DNA of 64,000 nucleotides from Bryobacterales bacterium (GTDB taxonomy: Bacteria > Acidobacteriota > Terriglobia > Bryobacterales > UBA6623), in NCBI GenBank assembly GCA_965218555.1, contig OZ244625.1:2300968-2364967 (forward strand), given 5' to 3'. The notes beneath the pieces were generated by a model that saw nothing but the letters and a program-made list of their open reading frames with translations, did not search any database and was not told the DNA's origin. Below, one piece after another: positions 26,233 to 37,235 of the stretch. The first letter of the stretch is position 1; every line of letters begins with the position of its first letter. The position numbers and the translations under genes are program-made.

Positions 26233-26438
26233 GATTCGCAACGCTCCACAATGCGTCCCCGTGTCCGGTCTTTCGAGGAGAGTTTCACTTTCACGCGATC
26301 CCCCGGCAGCAATCGCAAGAAACTGCGCCGCTGCCGTGATGCCGGATGAGCCAGCACCTGCTTCTGATTTTCCAGTTCCACCCGGAACAACTCATTTGGC
26401 AGAGCTTCAACGACGTGCGCATTGATCTCGTCTTGCAT
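26229..26438 (-). CDS. infA: Translation initiation factor IF-1
   Basis: [23 protein letters not shown]...[21 protein letters not shown] (S1-like OB fold). Confidence 0.9.
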   Translation of the reverse strand: MQDEINAHVVEALPNELFRVELENQKQVLAHPASRQRRSFLRLLPGDRVKVKLSSKDRTRGRIVERCES

Positions 26439-26444
26439 TTCCGG

Positions 26445-27215
26445 TCAAGGCCTCGTCAACACCCACGGACCGTTGGAGGTGACTGCAATGCAATGCTCGT
26501 AGTGGGCAGCCTTCGACCCATCCGAAGTTACCGCCGTCCAACGGTCCGAAAGCACCTTCGTGTCGGGCTTGCCGGCGCTCACCATCGGCTCCACCGCGAG
26601 GACCATCCCCTCGCGCAGACGAGGATTGCTCATCTTCGGGTCCACGTAGTTCGGCACGTGCGGCTCCTCGTGAAGCTTCTTGCCGATCCCGTGACCCACG
26701 AACTCCCGCACCACCGTGTAGCCATTGCTCGTCACGTGCTGCTCGACAGTTCCGCAAACATCGAACAGGCGCCGGCCGGCCACCATCTGCTCGATGGCCA
26801 ACTCCAGGGATTGCTTCGTCACATCTATCAAGCGCCGCGTCTCCGATGCAACCTCTCCGACCGGAATCGTCGTGGCCGAGTCGCCGTAGTAACCATCCAA
26901 CTGAACTCCGATATCGACCTTCACAATGTCGCCGTCACGAAGAAGGCGCTTCGCCGAGGGAACCCCGTGCACCACCTCTTGATTGATCGAAGTGCACAGC
27001 ACACAGGGAAACCGCCGGCCCGCGGCCGGCACATAGTAACCCTTGAACGCCGCCCGAGCACCCGCCTCCTCGATGCGCTGCTCGGCCACTCTCTCCAGAT
27101 CCATGGTGGTGACACCCGGTTCGACCAGCTTGGTCAATTCATCCAGAATCCGCCATACGAGCATGCCGCTCTTCCGCATTTTCGCCAGCTCAGACGGGCT
27201 CTTACGGATGATCAT
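26445..27215 (-). CDS. map: Type I methionine aminopeptidase
   Basis: MIIRKSPSELAKMRKSGMLVWRILDEL from ATG 27215. The upstream part of the 358-aa track ORF overlaps adk and is not MetAP-like. Confidence 0.9.
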   Translation of the reverse strand: MIIRKSPSELAKMRKSGMLVWRILDELTKLVEPGVTTMDLERVAEQRIEEAGARAAFKGYYVPAAGRRFPCVLCTSINQEVVHGVPSAKRLLRDGDIVKVDIGVQLDGYYGDSATTIPVGEVASETRRLIDVTKQSLELAIEQMVAGRRLFDVCGTVEQHVTSNGYTVVREFVGHGIGKKLHEEPHVPNYVDPKMSNPRLREGMVLAVEPMVSAGKPDTKVLSDRWTAVTSDGSKAAHYEHCIAVTSNGPWVLTRP

Positions 27216-27864
27216 GCGCCCTTTCTGCTTCCAAAATCTCAATAATCTGCCCGAACACATCCTCTTCCGGGCGCGTTCCGTCCACCTGATGAATCTTCTC
27301 GCCGGAGGACCGAAACACTTCGAACACCGGCACCGTCTCTTCCCAATACACGCGGTACCGTTTCTCGATAACGTCCGCTCTGTCGTCCGATCGGATACTG
27401 AGCGGACGGTGTCCGCATACATCACAAACGTCGGGAACTTTCGGCGGGTGCGAATAGACGTTATAGATGGCTCCGCATTGTTTGCAGAGCCGTCGGCCCG
27501 TGATTCGTCTAACAGTCTCATTGTAACCGACTTGCACCTCGATGATCACGGGGCGGCGAGACATGCGATCAAGAATGCTCCTCAGCGCGCGGGCTTGGGA
27601 GGCTGTCCGCGGATAACCGTCCAACAAGAAACCCTGGCGGCAATCTTTGCTGTCCAGCCGAGATTTCACCAGCTGATTCACCGTTTCGTCATCCACCAAC
27701 CGCCCGGAGGCCAGTGTCGCCTCTACCTTCTTCCCCAAGCTCGAACCCGAACTGACCTCCTCGCGGATGATGTTGCCCGTCGAGATTGTCGGAATCTGGT
27801 AACGCGCCGCGATCCGCCGTGCTTGCGTCCCCTTGCCTGCGCCGGGCGAACCGAACAGAATCAT
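27202..27864 (-). CDS. adk: Adenylate kinase (zinc-lid type)
   Basis: MILFGSPGAGKGTQ P-loop at the chosen start. LID with CKQCGAIYN...CDVCG. Confidence 0.9.
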   Translation of the reverse strand: MILFGSPGAGKGTQARRIAARYQIPTISTGNIIREEVSSGSSLGKKVEATLASGRLVDDETVNQLVKSRLDSKDCRQGFLLDGYPRTASQARALRSILDRMSRRPVIIEVQVGYNETVRRITGRRLCKQCGAIYNVYSHPPKVPDVCDVCGHRPLSIRSDDRADVIEKRYRVYWEETVPVFEVFRSSGEKIHQVDGTRPEEDVFGQIIEILEAERAHDHP

Positions 27865-27936
27865 CGCCCCGACGGCGGCCTCAAGGGACGGGCTGGTCGT
27901 CGCGGACACTCTCGCTGTCGCCACTGCTAACTTCTC

Positions 27937-29325
27937 CTAGCCAAACGAGCGCCTCCCCCGGATCCTTCCCGCACGCGGCGTAAATCCTTCGTAGTGGCGC
28001 ATAATGAGTTGTGCTTCGATTTGATTAATCGTATCCATCGCGACTCCAATCACAATGAGAAGCGATGTTCCGCCGAAATAGAAGTTTACGTTCAAACCGT
28101 CGAGAATCCAGCGCGGAAATGTAGCATCCGCCCAATTCCCGATGAACGGCAGGTGGTGAACCCTCGCTCCGGCAATCAACAGGTCGGGTATTACGGAAAT
28201 GAGCGCGAGGTACAGGCCGCCCACCATGGTGATCTTGGTCAGGATTTCATTGATGTGGTCCGCTGTCGGTTTACCGGAGCGGATACCCGGCACAAAGCCG
28301 CCGTACTTTCGCATGTTGTCGGCGACTTCGGTCGGGTTGAAAATGATCGAGACATAGAAGAAACAGAAGAATACGATGCCCAGCACGTACAGCAGCTCGT
28401 AGAGCGGCTCGCCATAGGAGATGGGTTCGAGGAGCTGCGTCAGATACGGGCTGTCCTGCACGACCAGACCCAAGGTCTGCGGGAAAGCCAGAATCGACGA
28501 GGCGAAGATCACCGGGATCACACCGCCGGAATTGACCTTCAGCGGCAGATGCGTGGATTGCCCGCCCACCATCCGGCGGCCGATGATCCGCCGCGCGTAC
28601 TGCACCGGAATCCGCCGCTCACCGCGCTCGACCAGCACGATGAAGGCCAGGATCACCACCATGAATCCCAAAATAAGGAGCAACTGAAACATGTTCCACT
28701 GCTGCGTGACGAACACGTTTTCGTAGATGTTCTGAAGCGCGCTGGGCAACCCGACGACGATGCCCGCGAAGATGATCAGCGACATGCCGTTGCCGATTCC
28801 CCGCTCGGTGATCTGCTCGCCCAGCCACATGATGAAGGCCGTCCCTGTGGTCAGGGTAATGATCGTCATCACGACAAAGCTGAGGCCGGGTTCGTAGACC
28901 AGGTTCTCACTGCGCTGCAAGCCGAACGCGATGCCCGCGGACTGCACAATACTCAGACCGATCGTCAGATAGCGCGTCCACTGCGTGATCTTTCGCCGGC
29001 CGAGTTCGCCTTCCTTCTGCAGTTTCTCGAGCGTAGGGATGACGACGGTCATCAATTGCAGGATGATCGACGCCGTGATGTAGGGCATGATGCCCAAGGC
29101 GAAGATCGTCAACTGCTCGAGTTGGCCGCCCGAGAACATGTTCATCAGGCCGAGCGCCGTTCCGGCCGCCGCCTCGAACATCCGCTGCAACTCTTCCGTA
29201 TTGACGCCCGGGGTGGGGATATGACCGCCGATGCGATAGACCGCCAGCAGACCTAGCGTAAAGAGAATCCTCTTACGCAGATCGGGGATCTTAAAGACGT
29301 TGACGACGGCTTCGGCGAACTTCAT
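27937..29325 (-). CDS. secY: Preprotein translocase subunit SecY
   Basis: 462 aa, multi-TM. Begins IPDLRKRILFTLGLLAVYRIGGHIPTPG. Canonical position after rplO. Confidence 0.95.
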   Translation of the reverse strand: MKFAEAVVNVFKIPDLRKRILFTLGLLAVYRIGGHIPTPGVNTEELQRMFEAAAGTALGLMNMFSGGQLEQLTIFALGIMPYITASIILQLMTVVIPTLEKLQKEGELGRRKITQWTRYLTIGLSIVQSAGIAFGLQRSENLVYEPGLSFVVMTIITLTTGTAFIMWLGEQITERGIGNGMSLIIFAGIVVGLPSALQNIYENVFVTQQWNMFQLLLILGFMVVILAFIVLVERGERRIPVQYARRIIGRRMVGGQSTHLPLKVNSGGVIPVIFASSILAFPQTLGLVVQDSPYLTQLLEPISYGEPLYELLYVLGIVFFCFFYVSIIFNPTEVADNMRKYGGFVPGIRSGKPTADHINEILTKITMVGGLYLALISVIPDLLIAGARVHHLPFIGNWADATFPRWILDGLNVNFYFGGTSLLIVIGVAMDTINQIEAQLIMRHYEGFTPRAGRIRGRRSFG

Positions 29326-29328
29326 GAA

Positions 29329-29772
29329 CTACGTCTCGATGACGGTTGCCTTGCCGCCGGCGGCCTCGATCTTCTTGCGAGCCGAGGCGGTGAAACGATG
29401 AGCGGACACATCCATGGCGCGGCTGATCTCGCCGTTTCCCAGGATCTTGAGTCCGTCCTTGAGAGATTTGATGACGCCCTTTTCGACGAGACTGTCCGGT
29501 GTGAATGTGTCTCCTTCGAGTTTCTCAAGGCGCGATAGGTTGACGATCACGTGTTGCTTGCGGAAGGGATTGTGGAATCCGCGTTTGGGAACGCGCCGGA
29601 TCAGCGGCATCTGGCCGCCCTCGAATCCGCGCTTGCGTTTGTAGCCGCTCCGCGATTTCTGACCTTTTTCGCCGCGGCCGGACGTTTTGCCCAAACCCGA
29701 GCCCGGACCCCTCCCGACACGTTTGCGCTTGTGGGTCTGGCCGGCCGGGGGATGAAGACTACTCAGATTCAT
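29329..29772 (-). CDS. rplO: 50S ribosomal protein uL15
   Basis: [29 protein letters not shown]. Confidence 0.95.
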   Translation of the reverse strand: MNLSSLHPPAGQTHKRKRVGRGPGSGLGKTSGRGEKGQKSRSGYKRKRGFEGGQMPLIRRVPKRGFHNPFRKQHVIVNLSRLEKLEGDTFTPDSLVEKGVIKSLKDGLKILGNGEISRAMDVSAHRFTASARKKIEAAGGKATVIET

Positions 29773-29947
29773 TCGTCACCTCGACCAGGTGCGGGATCTT
29801 GCGCACCATGCCCCACGTCGCCTCGTTGTCGGGACGCACTACCGTCTGATTAATGCGCCGCAGACCCAAGCCCTTCACCACTTTCTTCAGCTTGCCCGGA
29901 ATGGCGATCGTGCTCCGAACCAAACGAATCTTCAGTATCGTCGACAT
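29759..29947 (-). CDS. rpmD: 50S ribosomal protein uL30
   Basis: [32 protein letters not shown]. Confidence 0.93.
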   Translation of the reverse strand: MSTILKIRLVRSTIAIPGKLKKVVKGLGLRRINQTVVRPDNEATWGMVRKIPHLVEVTNESE

Positions 29948-29959
29948 CGTTCCTTCTCG

Positions 29960-30481
29960 TTACGCACTCAGGTCCAAACCCCGCCGGGCGGCCATTTCCT
30001 GTCCGTTCCGCAACTGCAGCAGCGCCGCGAAAGTCGCCTTGACCACGTTATGCGGGTTCTTGGTGCCGATCGATTTCGTCAGCACGTTCTGGATCCCTAC
30101 CGCTTCCATCACCGCCCGCACCGCGCCACCGGCAATGGTGCCCTTGCCCTCACGGGCGGGCTTCAACAAGACCTGCCCCGCGCCGAACCGACCCACAACC
30201 TGATGCGGAATCGTATGCTCCAAGGTATGTACCTTCACCAGGTTCTTCTTGGCCTTCTCAATCGCCTTGCGAATCGCGGAAGGGACTTCCTTTGCCTTGC
30301 CCTTGGCGAATCCGACAACATGCTTTTCCGGATCGCCAACCACGACGAGCGCGGCGAAACTGAGATTCTTGCCGCCCTTCACCACCTTGGTGACGCGGTT
30401 GATCGAGACAACCTGGTCCTTTAAATTCAACTCGTGCGTGTCCGCTTCGAGAAGTCGCCGTCGAGTGAGTTCAGCCTTCAT
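29960..30481 (-). CDS. rpsE: 30S ribosomal protein uS5
   Basis: [27 protein letters not shown]...[13 protein letters not shown]-like motifs. Confidence 0.95.
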   Translation of the reverse strand: MKAELTRRRLLEADTHELNLKDQVVSINRVTKVVKGGKNLSFAALVVVGDPEKHVVGFAKGKAKEVPSAIRKAIEKAKKNLVKVHTLEHTIPHQVVGRFGAGQVLLKPAREGKGTIAGGAVRAVMEAVGIQNVLTKSIGTKNPHNVVKATFAALLQLRNGQEMAARRGLDLSA

Positions 30482-30529
30482 ATACTCAGCAAATTCTTTC
30501 CCGAGGGAACGTCCGGGGACGCCGCCTCG

Positions 30530-30892
30530 TTAGAATGCCAGCCCCGCTTTCCGAGCCGCATCGGCAAGGGCCTTCACCCGCCCGTGGAAACGATGACCGC
30601 CGCGGTCGAAAACGACCTGCTTGATGCCGGCCTTGGCGGCTCTCTCGGCAACCAGCTTGCCGATCTCGGTCGCCGCGGCGACAGTGCCCCCTTTTTGAAC
30701 CGGTCCGTCTCTCTCCACCGAGCTTGCCGACACAATGGTTTTCCCCGTCGAGTCGTCGATGACCTGCGTGTAGATATGCTGGAGCGAGCGAAACACCGCC
30801 AAGCGCGGCCGCTCCATGGTGCCGCGGACGTTCTTGCGGACCCGTTTGTGGACCTGCACGCGGCTCTTGGATCGGTGTATGGGACTATACAT
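30530..30892 (-). CDS. rplR: 50S ribosomal protein uL18
   Basis: [20 protein letters not shown]...[23 protein letters not shown]. Confidence 0.95.
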   Translation of the reverse strand: MYSPIHRSKSRVQVHKRVRKNVRGTMERPRLAVFRSLQHIYTQVIDDSTGKTIVSASSVERDGPVQKGGTVAAATEIGKLVAERAAKAGIKQVVFDRGGHRFHGRVKALADAARKAGLAF

Positions 30893-30904
30893 CGCTGACG
30901 CTCC

Positions 30905-31447
30905 CTAACCGGACGCCGTCACGCCGGCTTTCCCTTCCTTCTTCCGCAGGACTTCGCCTTCGTAGCGAATCCCTTTGTTCTTATACGGCTCGGGCGGACG
31001 TAGAGCGCGGATGTTCGCCGCCGTCTGGCCCACCAACTGCCGGTCGCTGCCGGATACGGTTATCCTCGTCTGGTTATCGACCTTGATGTCGATGCCCTCA
31101 GGCATCAGAAACTCGATCGTATGTGAGTAGCCCAGACTAAAAATCACGACACGCCCGGCGACCTGCGCACGGTATCCGATGCCGACGATCTCTAGCTTCT
31201 TGGCAAACCCGGCCGTGACACCCGTAATGGCATTCTGCGCCAGGCTGCGTGTCAGCCCGTGTAGAGGGGCGTGCGCGTCAAAGCTGCGCTTGGCAGTCAG
31301 CACTCCGTCGCTGAAGTCGAACTCGATCCCCTCGGGGATGGGACAGGAAAGCTCTCCCTTCGGGCCTTTGACATCGAGCCGTCCGGGGTGGATTTCCACC
31401 TTGGCCTCGCTGGGCACGCTAATCGGTTTGAGACCTACTCGCGACAT
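30905..31447 (-). CDS. rplF: 50S ribosomal protein uL6
   Basis: [12 protein letters not shown]...VKGPKGEL...GIGYRA. Confidence 0.95.
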   Translation of the reverse strand: MSRVGLKPISVPSEAKVEIHPGRLDVKGPKGELSCPIPEGIEFDFSDGVLTAKRSFDAHAPLHGLTRSLAQNAITGVTAGFAKKLEIVGIGYRAQVAGRVVIFSLGYSHTIEFLMPEGIDIKVDNQTRITVSGSDRQLVGQTAANIRALRPPEPYKNKGIRYEGEVLRKKEGKAGVTASG

Positions 31448-31453
31448 AAGCGC

Positions 31454-31849
31454 CTAATAGATACTGCAGACGATCTCTCCGCCTACTCCCTTTTTTCGAG
31501 CCTGCGTTCCGGTCATCACACCGGCGGAGGTGGTCAGGATATTCACGCCCATGCCTCCGATAACGCGCGGCACTTCCTTCGAGCCGGTGAAAACACGCCG
31601 GCCCGGTTTCGAAACGCGCTCGATCTTGCTGATCACGGGGCGCGAATCGGAATCGTACTTCAGATATGCCTTGATCGTCGTTTTGCTGCCTTCCTCAGCG
31701 ATGCGATAGTTGGTGATATAGCCTTCTTCCTTCAGAATCCTCACGATCTCGATCTTGAGCTTGGAAGCCGGGATCTCGACCTTGGACTGGCGCGCGACCA
31801 GCGCGTTGCGGATGCGGGTCAGCATGTCGGATACGGGATCTATCTGCAT
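31454..31849 (-). CDS. rpsH: 30S ribosomal protein uS8
   Basis: DPVSDMLTRIRNALVARQSKVEIPASKLK. Confidence 0.95.
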   Translation of the reverse strand: MQIDPVSDMLTRIRNALVARQSKVEIPASKLKIEIVRILKEEGYITNYRIAEEGSKTTIKAYLKYDSDSRPVISKIERVSKPGRRVFTGSKEVPRVIGGMGVNILTTSAGVMTGTQARKKGVGGEIVCSIY

Positions 31850-31867
31850 CGAATGACTCCTGCTACT

Positions 31868-32053
31868 TCACCAACTGCTCTTTACCACGCCCGGCAGATC
31901 GCCGCGCAATGCCAGCTCGCGGAAGCAGATGCGGCAAAGTCCGAACTTCCGGATGAAACCGCGAGGGCGTCCGCAACGCCAACAGCGATTGCGGCGGCGC
32001 CCTTCGTACTTGGGTTTTTTCAAATCCTTGGCGATTTTCGCCGTGGTCGCCAT
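31868..32053 (-). CDS. rpsN: 30S ribosomal protein uS14, zinc-binding type Z (61 aa)
   Basis: [38 protein letters not shown]. Confidence 0.95.
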   Translation of the reverse strand: MATTAKIAKDLKKPKYEGRRRNRCWRCGRPRGFIRKFGLCRICFRELALRGDLPGVVKSSW

Positions 32054-32074
32054 TGTGTTTTCCTCGTTTTCCCC

Positions 32075-32704
32075 TTAGTTGCTGAAAGGCATGCCCATGT
32101 GACGCAACAGCGAGATCGATTCCGGATCGGTCCTCGCCGTCGTCACGATTGTAATGTTCATGCCCTTCATGCTGTCGACCTTGGCATAGTCGATTTCCGG
32201 GAAGATCACGTGTTCCTTGAGCCCCAGCGTGTAATTGCCGCGGCCATCAAACGACTTCGTCGAGATGCCGCGGAAATCCCTCACGCGGGGCAGCCCGATG
32301 CTGATCAACCGGTCCAGGAACTCATACATGCGGTCGCCGCGCAACGTCACGGCCACTCCGATCGGCATCCCTTCTCGCACCTTGAAGGCCGCGATCGACT
32401 TGCGGGCCCTGGTGATGACCGGCCGCTGCCCGGCAATCGTACCCAGTTCGGCGACTGCCGCATCAAGGACACGAGCGTTCTGGGTGGCTTCGCCCATGCC
32501 AATGTTGATCTTGATCATCACGATCCGCGGAATCGCCATCGTGCTCGCATATCCGAATTCTTTCAGCAAGGCGGCGGCCACCTGGTCGCGGTAGTGAAGC
32601 TTGAGCCGCGGAGGATTGACTTCGGCCTTCGCGCCGCCTTTCTTGCCGCCGTCTGACCCTTTCGCCTTGCGAGCCGGCTTCGGGTCTTTCTTTGCTTTCG
32701 CCAT
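32075..32704 (-). CDS. rplE: 50S ribosomal protein uL5 with Lys-rich N-terminal extension
   Basis: The core starts at [20 protein letters not shown]. It is preceded by [33 protein letters not shown] found no in-frame ATG/GTG/TTG closer to the core. Confidence 0.9.
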   Translation of the reverse strand: MAKAKKDPKPARKAKGSDGGKKGGAKAEVNPPRLKLHYRDQVAAALLKEFGYASTMAIPRIVMIKINIGMGEATQNARVLDAAVAELGTIAGQRPVITRARKSIAAFKVREGMPIGVAVTLRGDRMYEFLDRLISIGLPRVRDFRGISTKSFDGRGNYTLGLKEHVIFPEIDYAKVDSMKGMNITIVTTARTDPESISLLRHMGMPFSN

Positions 32705-32707
32705 CTC

Positions 32708-33055
32708 TTACTTCTTCTCCAACGGAGCGCCCTCGCGCACATCCGCCCGCATGCGGACACCATCGTCGTCGACATGCGTTGCGATCCGCGTCGGCCGTCC
32801 ATCAGCGGTTACGATCATCACGTTCGAGATGTGCAGCATCGACTCGCGCTCCGCCACTCCGCCCTTGATCTGCCGCTGCGGGTTCGGCTTGACGTGCTCT
32901 TTGATCTTCTGCACATCCTCGACAAGAATCCGTCCTCGCCTGCGGTCCACCTGAAGGACGCGGCCCTGCTTGCCCTTGTCTTTTCCCGCGATCACTTGGA
33001 CCACGTCGTTCTTGCGGATCTTCGTCTTGATCCGTCCCTGATGTGCGCCTTGCAT
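32708..33055 (-). CDS. rplX: 50S ribosomal protein uL24
   Basis: KIRKNDVVQVIAGKDKGKQGRVLQV (KOW motif). Confidence 0.95.
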   Translation of the reverse strand: MQGAHQGRIKTKIRKNDVVQVIAGKDKGKQGRVLQVDRRRGRILVEDVQKIKEHVKPNPQRQIKGGVAERESMLHISNVMIVTADGRPTRIATHVDDDGVRMRADVREGAPLEKK

Positions 33056-33084
33056 GTTCGTCTGTTCCGAGCTTGATCCCCGCC

Positions 33085-33453
33085 CTACAGTACTTCCGGC
33101 GCCAGCGAGACAATCTTCATGAATCGCTTCTCACGCAATTCGCGGGCCACAGGCCCGAAAACGCGTGTCCCAACCGGCTCACCCAACTCGTTCACCAGTA
33201 CCGCCGCGTTCGTGTCGAAGCGAATGTAGGTGCCGTCTTTGCGGCGCGATTCCTTGCGCATTCTTACGACGACCGCGCGGACTACCGAGCCTTTCTTCAC
33301 ATTCGAATCCGGAGCTGCTTCCTGCACCGAAGCCATGACGATATCGCCCAGACCGGCCTTCGGTCCCGTGGAGCCGCCGCGCGGCCCAATGCAGCGCAGT
33401 CGCCGCGCGCCGGAATTGTCGGCGACCTCTAACTTCGTCTGCATGCCGATCAT
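33085..33453 (-). CDS. rplN: 50S ribosomal protein uL14
   Basis: [22 protein letters not shown]. Confidence 0.95.
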   Translation of the reverse strand: MIGMQTKLEVADNSGARRLRCIGPRGGSTGPKAGLGDIVMASVQEAAPDSNVKKGSVVRAVVVRMRKESRRKDGTYIRFDTNAAVLVNELGEPVGTRVFGPVARELREKRFMKIVSLAPEVL

Positions 33454-33486
33454 GTCGATCTGCTCCTTGACTGCGCGCCGAGCTGC

Positions 33487-33756
33487 TTAGCTCGCCCTCC
33501 AAAGAACTTCGTCCAACCGCCAGCGCTTGAGCTTGCTCAGCGGCCGGGATTCCACGATCCGCACGCGATCACCCGGCCGCGCTTCGCCGTTCTCGTCATG
33601 GGCGTAGAACTTCTTCTTGCGCGTGACGATGCGCCGGTACAACGGATGGGGAACCCGCCTACTGACCTCAACGACGGCCGTCTTGGCCATCTTGGACTCG
33701 ACGACGATACCGATCTTCTGGTTCTTGGGTCCCTTGGTTGTTGTCGATTCCGCCAT
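33487..33756 (-). CDS. rpsQ: 30S ribosomal protein uS17
   Basis: [40 protein letters not shown]. Confidence 0.95.
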   Translation of the reverse strand: MAESTTTKGPKNQKIGIVVESKMAKTAVVEVSRRVPHPLYRRIVTRKKKFYAHDENGEARPGDRVRIVESRPLSKLKRWRLDEVLWRAS

Positions 33757-33758
33757 GC

Positions 33759-33965
33759 CTAGCTTCCTTGCTCCGCCGCCGCGGACTTCTCCTGACGAAC
33801 GGTCAGCAGCCGCGCCAAATCCTTGCGGAGCGCGCGGTACTTCTTGATTCCGTCAGTCTGCCCCATACCCAACTGAAAGCGCAGTCGGAAAAGTTGTTCG
33901 CGCATCTCGTTCTCTTTCGCGGCCAGTTCTTCAAAGTCCAGCTCACGGATCTCTTCCGCGCTCAT
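33759..33965 (-). CDS. rpmC: 50S ribosomal protein uL29
   Basis: [27 protein letters not shown]. Confidence 0.93.
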   Translation of the reverse strand: MSAEEIRELDFEELAAKENEMREQLFRLRFQLGMGQTDGIKKYRALRKDLARLLTVRQEKSAAAEQGS

Positions 33966-34384
33966 ACCAGTGATCCTGAACTACGGCTCACGAAGCGGGT
34001 CGGCAGCGGCAGTTTCTGCGATGCGAGCTGCATCGCGCGGTGCGCCAAGTCCTCCGGCACGCCTTCCATCTCGAACAGCATCCGCCCCGGCCGAACCACC
34101 GCTACCCACTGCTCGGGCGCTCCCTTGCCTTTGCCCATGCGTGTCTCGGCGGGCTTCTTCGTAATGGGCTTGTCCGGAAAAATCCGGATCCACAGCTTGC
34201 CGCTGCGCTTGATGTGCCGCATCATGGCAACGCGCGCAGCTTCGATCTGCCGGTCCGTGATCCAGCCCGCCTTTTCCACTTTGAGACCGTAGTCGCCGAA
34301 GGAAAGCGACGAGCCGCGCCAAGCCTTGCCGCGGCGCTTGCCGCGCTGGACCTTGCGGTGCTTCACTTTCTTTGGCATCAACAT
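33962..34384 (-). CDS. rplP: 50S ribosomal protein uL16
   Basis: [19 protein letters not shown]...FGDYGLK. Confidence 0.95.
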   Translation of the reverse strand: MLMPKKVKHRKVQRGKRRGKAWRGSSLSFGDYGLKVEKAGWITDRQIEAARVAMMRHIKRSGKLWIRIFPDKPITKKPAETRMGKGKGAPEQWVAVVRPGRMLFEMEGVPEDLAHRAMQLASQKLPLPTRFVSRSSGSLV

Positions 34385-34417
34385 GACGTTTATCCTTTTA
34401 TCTGGCTACGGGGGCGA

Positions 34418-35356
34418 TCAGGTTTCTGAAAGCTGATCCCCCGCATCCGGTTCGGATCCGGCGTCCGCGTCCGCGGCTTCGGGAGCGGGTTCTTTCGCCG
34501 CCGCTTCGTCCACGGACTCACTCATCAAGGGCGGCTTGACGGGAGCCGTCGCACCTTCCGCGGGAACCGGCGGCGGCAGTGGCGGAGAAGCGGCCTCTTG
34601 CTGGGTGCGATCGACGGTGCGCGTAGCGCGAATCCTCTCACGCTCGCGTTCGGCGGCCGTGCGCGCTTCGCGGCGCCGGGCTGGCTCGAGTTCGCCCTTC
34701 ATGCCGCCTGCAGCCAGCGTCTGCGCCCGTGTGTCGATAATCTCGCCGCGATACATCCAACACTTGACGCCGATCACACCGTACGTTGTGTGTGCTTCAC
34801 TGAAGCCGTAATCGATGTCGGCCCGCAACGTCTGTAGAGGCAACCGCCCTTGCAGATACCATTCGGTCCGCGCGATTTCGTGGCCGTTGAGACGGCCCGC
34901 CACCCAGATCTTGATCCCCTTGCAGCCGAATCGCAACGCCGAGTCGACGGCTTTGCGCATCGCCCGCCGAAATGCAACGCGCTTCTCGATCTGCAGCGCG
35001 ACCGACTCCGACACTAATTGGGCGTCCACCTCCGGGCGGTGCACTTCCTGAATGTCGATGTAGACTTCGCGCTGCGTCCGTTCCTGGATTTCGGACTTGA
35101 GCTTTTCGATTTCTGAGCCGCGCCGTCCGATGACGATGCCCGGGCGCGCCGTGCGGATCGTGATGCGCAGTTTGTTGCCGGGCCGGTCGATCTCGACCGA
35201 ACTGATGCCGGCCGCCTTCAAACGCTTTCGCAGCGTGGTCTTGAGCTGCAAGTCCTCCTTGAGGAGCTCGACATAGCCCTGCTTGGCGAACCAGCGGGAA
35301 TTCCAGGTCTTGGTATAGCCCAACCGGAACCCGTAGGGATGTACTTTTTGGCCCAT
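34418..35356 (-). CDS. rpsC: 30S ribosomal protein uS3 with long low-complexity C-terminal extension
   Basis: [26 protein letters not shown] domain and S3-C core. These are followed by roughly 90-100 extra residues rich in R/E and then P/A/E/D. Confidence 0.93.
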   Translation of the reverse strand: MGQKVHPYGFRLGYTKTWNSRWFAKQGYVELLKEDLQLKTTLRKRLKAAGISSVEIDRPGNKLRITIRTARPGIVIGRRGSEIEKLKSEIQERTQREVYIDIQEVHRPEVDAQLVSESVALQIEKRVAFRRAMRKAVDSALRFGCKGIKIWVAGRLNGHEIARTEWYLQGRLPLQTLRADIDYGFSEAHTTYGVIGVKCWMYRGEIIDTRAQTLAAGGMKGELEPARRREARTAAERERERIRATRTVDRTQQEAASPPLPPPVPAEGATAPVKPPLMSESVDEAAAKEPAPEAADADAGSEPDAGDQLSET

Positions 35357-35383
35357 AGTGCCTCTGCTCTACTTGTCGGGAGC

Positions 35384-35755
35384 TTACTCTTCTTGCGGCT
35401 CCTCGGCCACTTCCTCCTGCCCGTCGGAGACGACCACGATGATATGCGATAGGCGGTGCAGATAACGGTGGGCCCGTCCCATCGGGGCCGGCCGTAAGCG
35501 CTTCAGCCGCGGGCCTTCGTTGACATACGCTTCTTTAACGAACAACTCGTCGACATCGGCTTCGTTGTTGTTCTCGGCATTCGCCATCGCCGATCGCAGT
35601 ACTTTTTCGATCTGGGGCGCGACCCTTTTGTTGGTCATCCTCAGGATCGTCAGCGCCTCACCGACACTCCGACCGCGGATCTGGTCCACGACGAGGCGCG
35701 CCTTCTGCGGCGAGACCCGCGCGTAGTTCATCTTCGCCATCGCCTGCATACTCAT
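35384..35755 (-). CDS. rplV: 50S ribosomal protein uL22
   Basis: ARVSPQKARLVVDQIRGRSVGEALTILR. Confidence 0.95.
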   Translation of the reverse strand: MSMQAMAKMNYARVSPQKARLVVDQIRGRSVGEALTILRMTNKRVAPQIEKVLRSAMANAENNNEADVDELFVKEAYVNEGPRLKRLRPAPMGRAHRYLHRLSHIIVVVSDGQEEVAEEPQEE

Positions 35756-35767
35756 GTTCCCGTTCTA

Positions 35768-36049
35768 CTATCTGCCGCTCTTGGCGCCCTTATCGCCGGC
35801 ATGACCGCGAAAGGTTCGCGTCGGAGCAAATTCACCGAGCTTGTGTCCGACCATGTTCTCGGTGATGAACACCGGTATGAACTTGCGCCCGTTGTGTACC
35901 GCGATCGTGTGACTCACCCACTCCGGCAGTATTGTCGAGCGGCGCGACCAGGTCTTGACGACCTTCTTGGCGCTGCCGTCCCCTTGCGCCTCGATCTTGC
36001 GATGGAGGTGCTCGTCGTAGAACGGTCCTTTTTTGAGCGATCGACCCAT
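35768..36049 (-). CDS. rpsS: 30S ribosomal protein uS19
   Basis: [15 protein letters not shown]...[23 protein letters not shown]. Confidence 0.95.
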   Translation of the reverse strand: MGRSLKKGPFYDEHLHRKIEAQGDGSAKKVVKTWSRRSTILPEWVSHTIAVHNGRKFIPVFITENMVGHKLGEFAPTRTFRGHAGDKGAKSGR

Positions 36050-36068
36050 CGTCTAAACTCTCCGCTGC

Positions 36069-36905
36069 CTACGATCGTTTCTTCTGTCCGCGGCGCACGA
36101 GAATGTACTTGTCGCTGCGCTTGTTTGTGCGCGTCTTGAACCCGCGCGTCGGCTTGCCCCAGGGCGTCACCGGATGCCGTCCGCCGGAGGAACGGCCCTC
36201 GCCGCCTCCGTGCGGGTGATCGACCGGATTCATCGTCACACCTCGGTTCACCGGGCGGCGGCCGTGCCAGCGCGTCTTCCCCGCCTTGCCGTAAGAGACG
36301 TTGCCGTGGTCCGAATTGCCGACCGTTCCGACCGTCGCAATGCATTCCGTCGGCACTCGCCGGGTTTCCCCCGAAGGCAGCTTCAGAAGCGCGTATCCGC
36401 CTTCTTTCGAGATCAGCCGAACTTCCGTGCCGGCCGCCCGCGCCATCTGCCCGCCCTTGCCCGGACGTAACTCCACGTTGTGCACCAGCGTGCCCGGCGG
36501 GATGTTCTTGAGCGGCAGAGCGTTGCCCACGAGGATATCGGCGTCGGGCCCGGACATGATCGTCATCCCGACTTTCAGACCGGTCGGCTGCAGGATGTAT
36601 CTCTTCTCGCCGTCGCTATAGTGCAAAAGCACCACGTTCGCGGAGCGATTCGGATCGTACTCGATGGCGGCGGCGACAGCCGGAATACCATGCTTGTCCC
36701 GCTTGAAGTCGATGATCCGGTACTTCCGCTTGTGGCCGCCGCCACGACTCCAGATGCACACCCGGCCCTTGTTGTTACGGCCGCCGCTCTTCGATTTCCC
36801 CTCGACCAGCGACTTCTCAGGACGATCGCGCGTGATCATGTCACGCACTACCGTCGTCTGGAAGCGTCTTGTGCTTGTCGTCGGTCTGTAAGTCTTGATC
36901 GGCAT
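36069..36905 (-). CDS. rplB: 50S ribosomal protein uL2
   Basis: [15 protein letters not shown]...[17 protein letters not shown]. Confidence 0.95.
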   Translation of the reverse strand: MPIKTYRPTTSTRRFQTTVVRDMITRDRPEKSLVEGKSKSGGRNNKGRVCIWSRGGGHKRKYRIIDFKRDKHGIPAVAAAIEYDPNRSANVVLLHYSDGEKRYILQPTGLKVGMTIMSGPDADILVGNALPLKNIPPGTLVHNVELRPGKGGQMARAAGTEVRLISKEGGYALLKLPSGETRRVPTECIATVGTVGNSDHGNVSYGKAGKTRWHGRRPVNRGVTMNPVDHPHGGGEGRSSGGRHPVTPWGKPTRGFKTRTNKRSDKYILVRRGQKKRS

Positions 36906-36947
36906 GGTTGACTCGGCCTTTGGTGCTCTTCGAGGGTCGGCAGCGCG

Positions 36948-37235
36948 CTAGATCTGTGCGTACTCCACCATCTTTTCGCCTTCTTTCAGCTTCACGTACG
37001 CTTTCTTCCAGCTCGATCGGCGGCCGGATGATTGCCCCCGCCGCTTCACCTTGCCAAGGTAGTTGGCCGTCCGCACCCCAGCGACTTTCACTTTGAAGAT
37101 CTGCTCGACGGCGTTCTTGATGTTCGTCTTCGTGGCCTTCGGATGCACGCGAAAACATAGCGTCTGCTCGATCGCCCTGCGCGTCTCCGACTTTTCTGTG
37201 ATCATCGGGCTGCGGATCGCTTCGAAGGGACTCAT
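36948..37235 (-). CDS. rplW: 50S ribosomal protein uL23
   Basis: MSPFEAIRSPMITEKS from ATG 37235, which forms an ATGA overlap with the rplD stop. Confidence 0.9.
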   Translation of the reverse strand: MSPFEAIRSPMITEKSETRRAIEQTLCFRVHPKATKTNIKNAVEQIFKVKVAGVRTANYLGKVKRRGQSSGRRSSWKKAYVKLKEGEKMVEYAQI

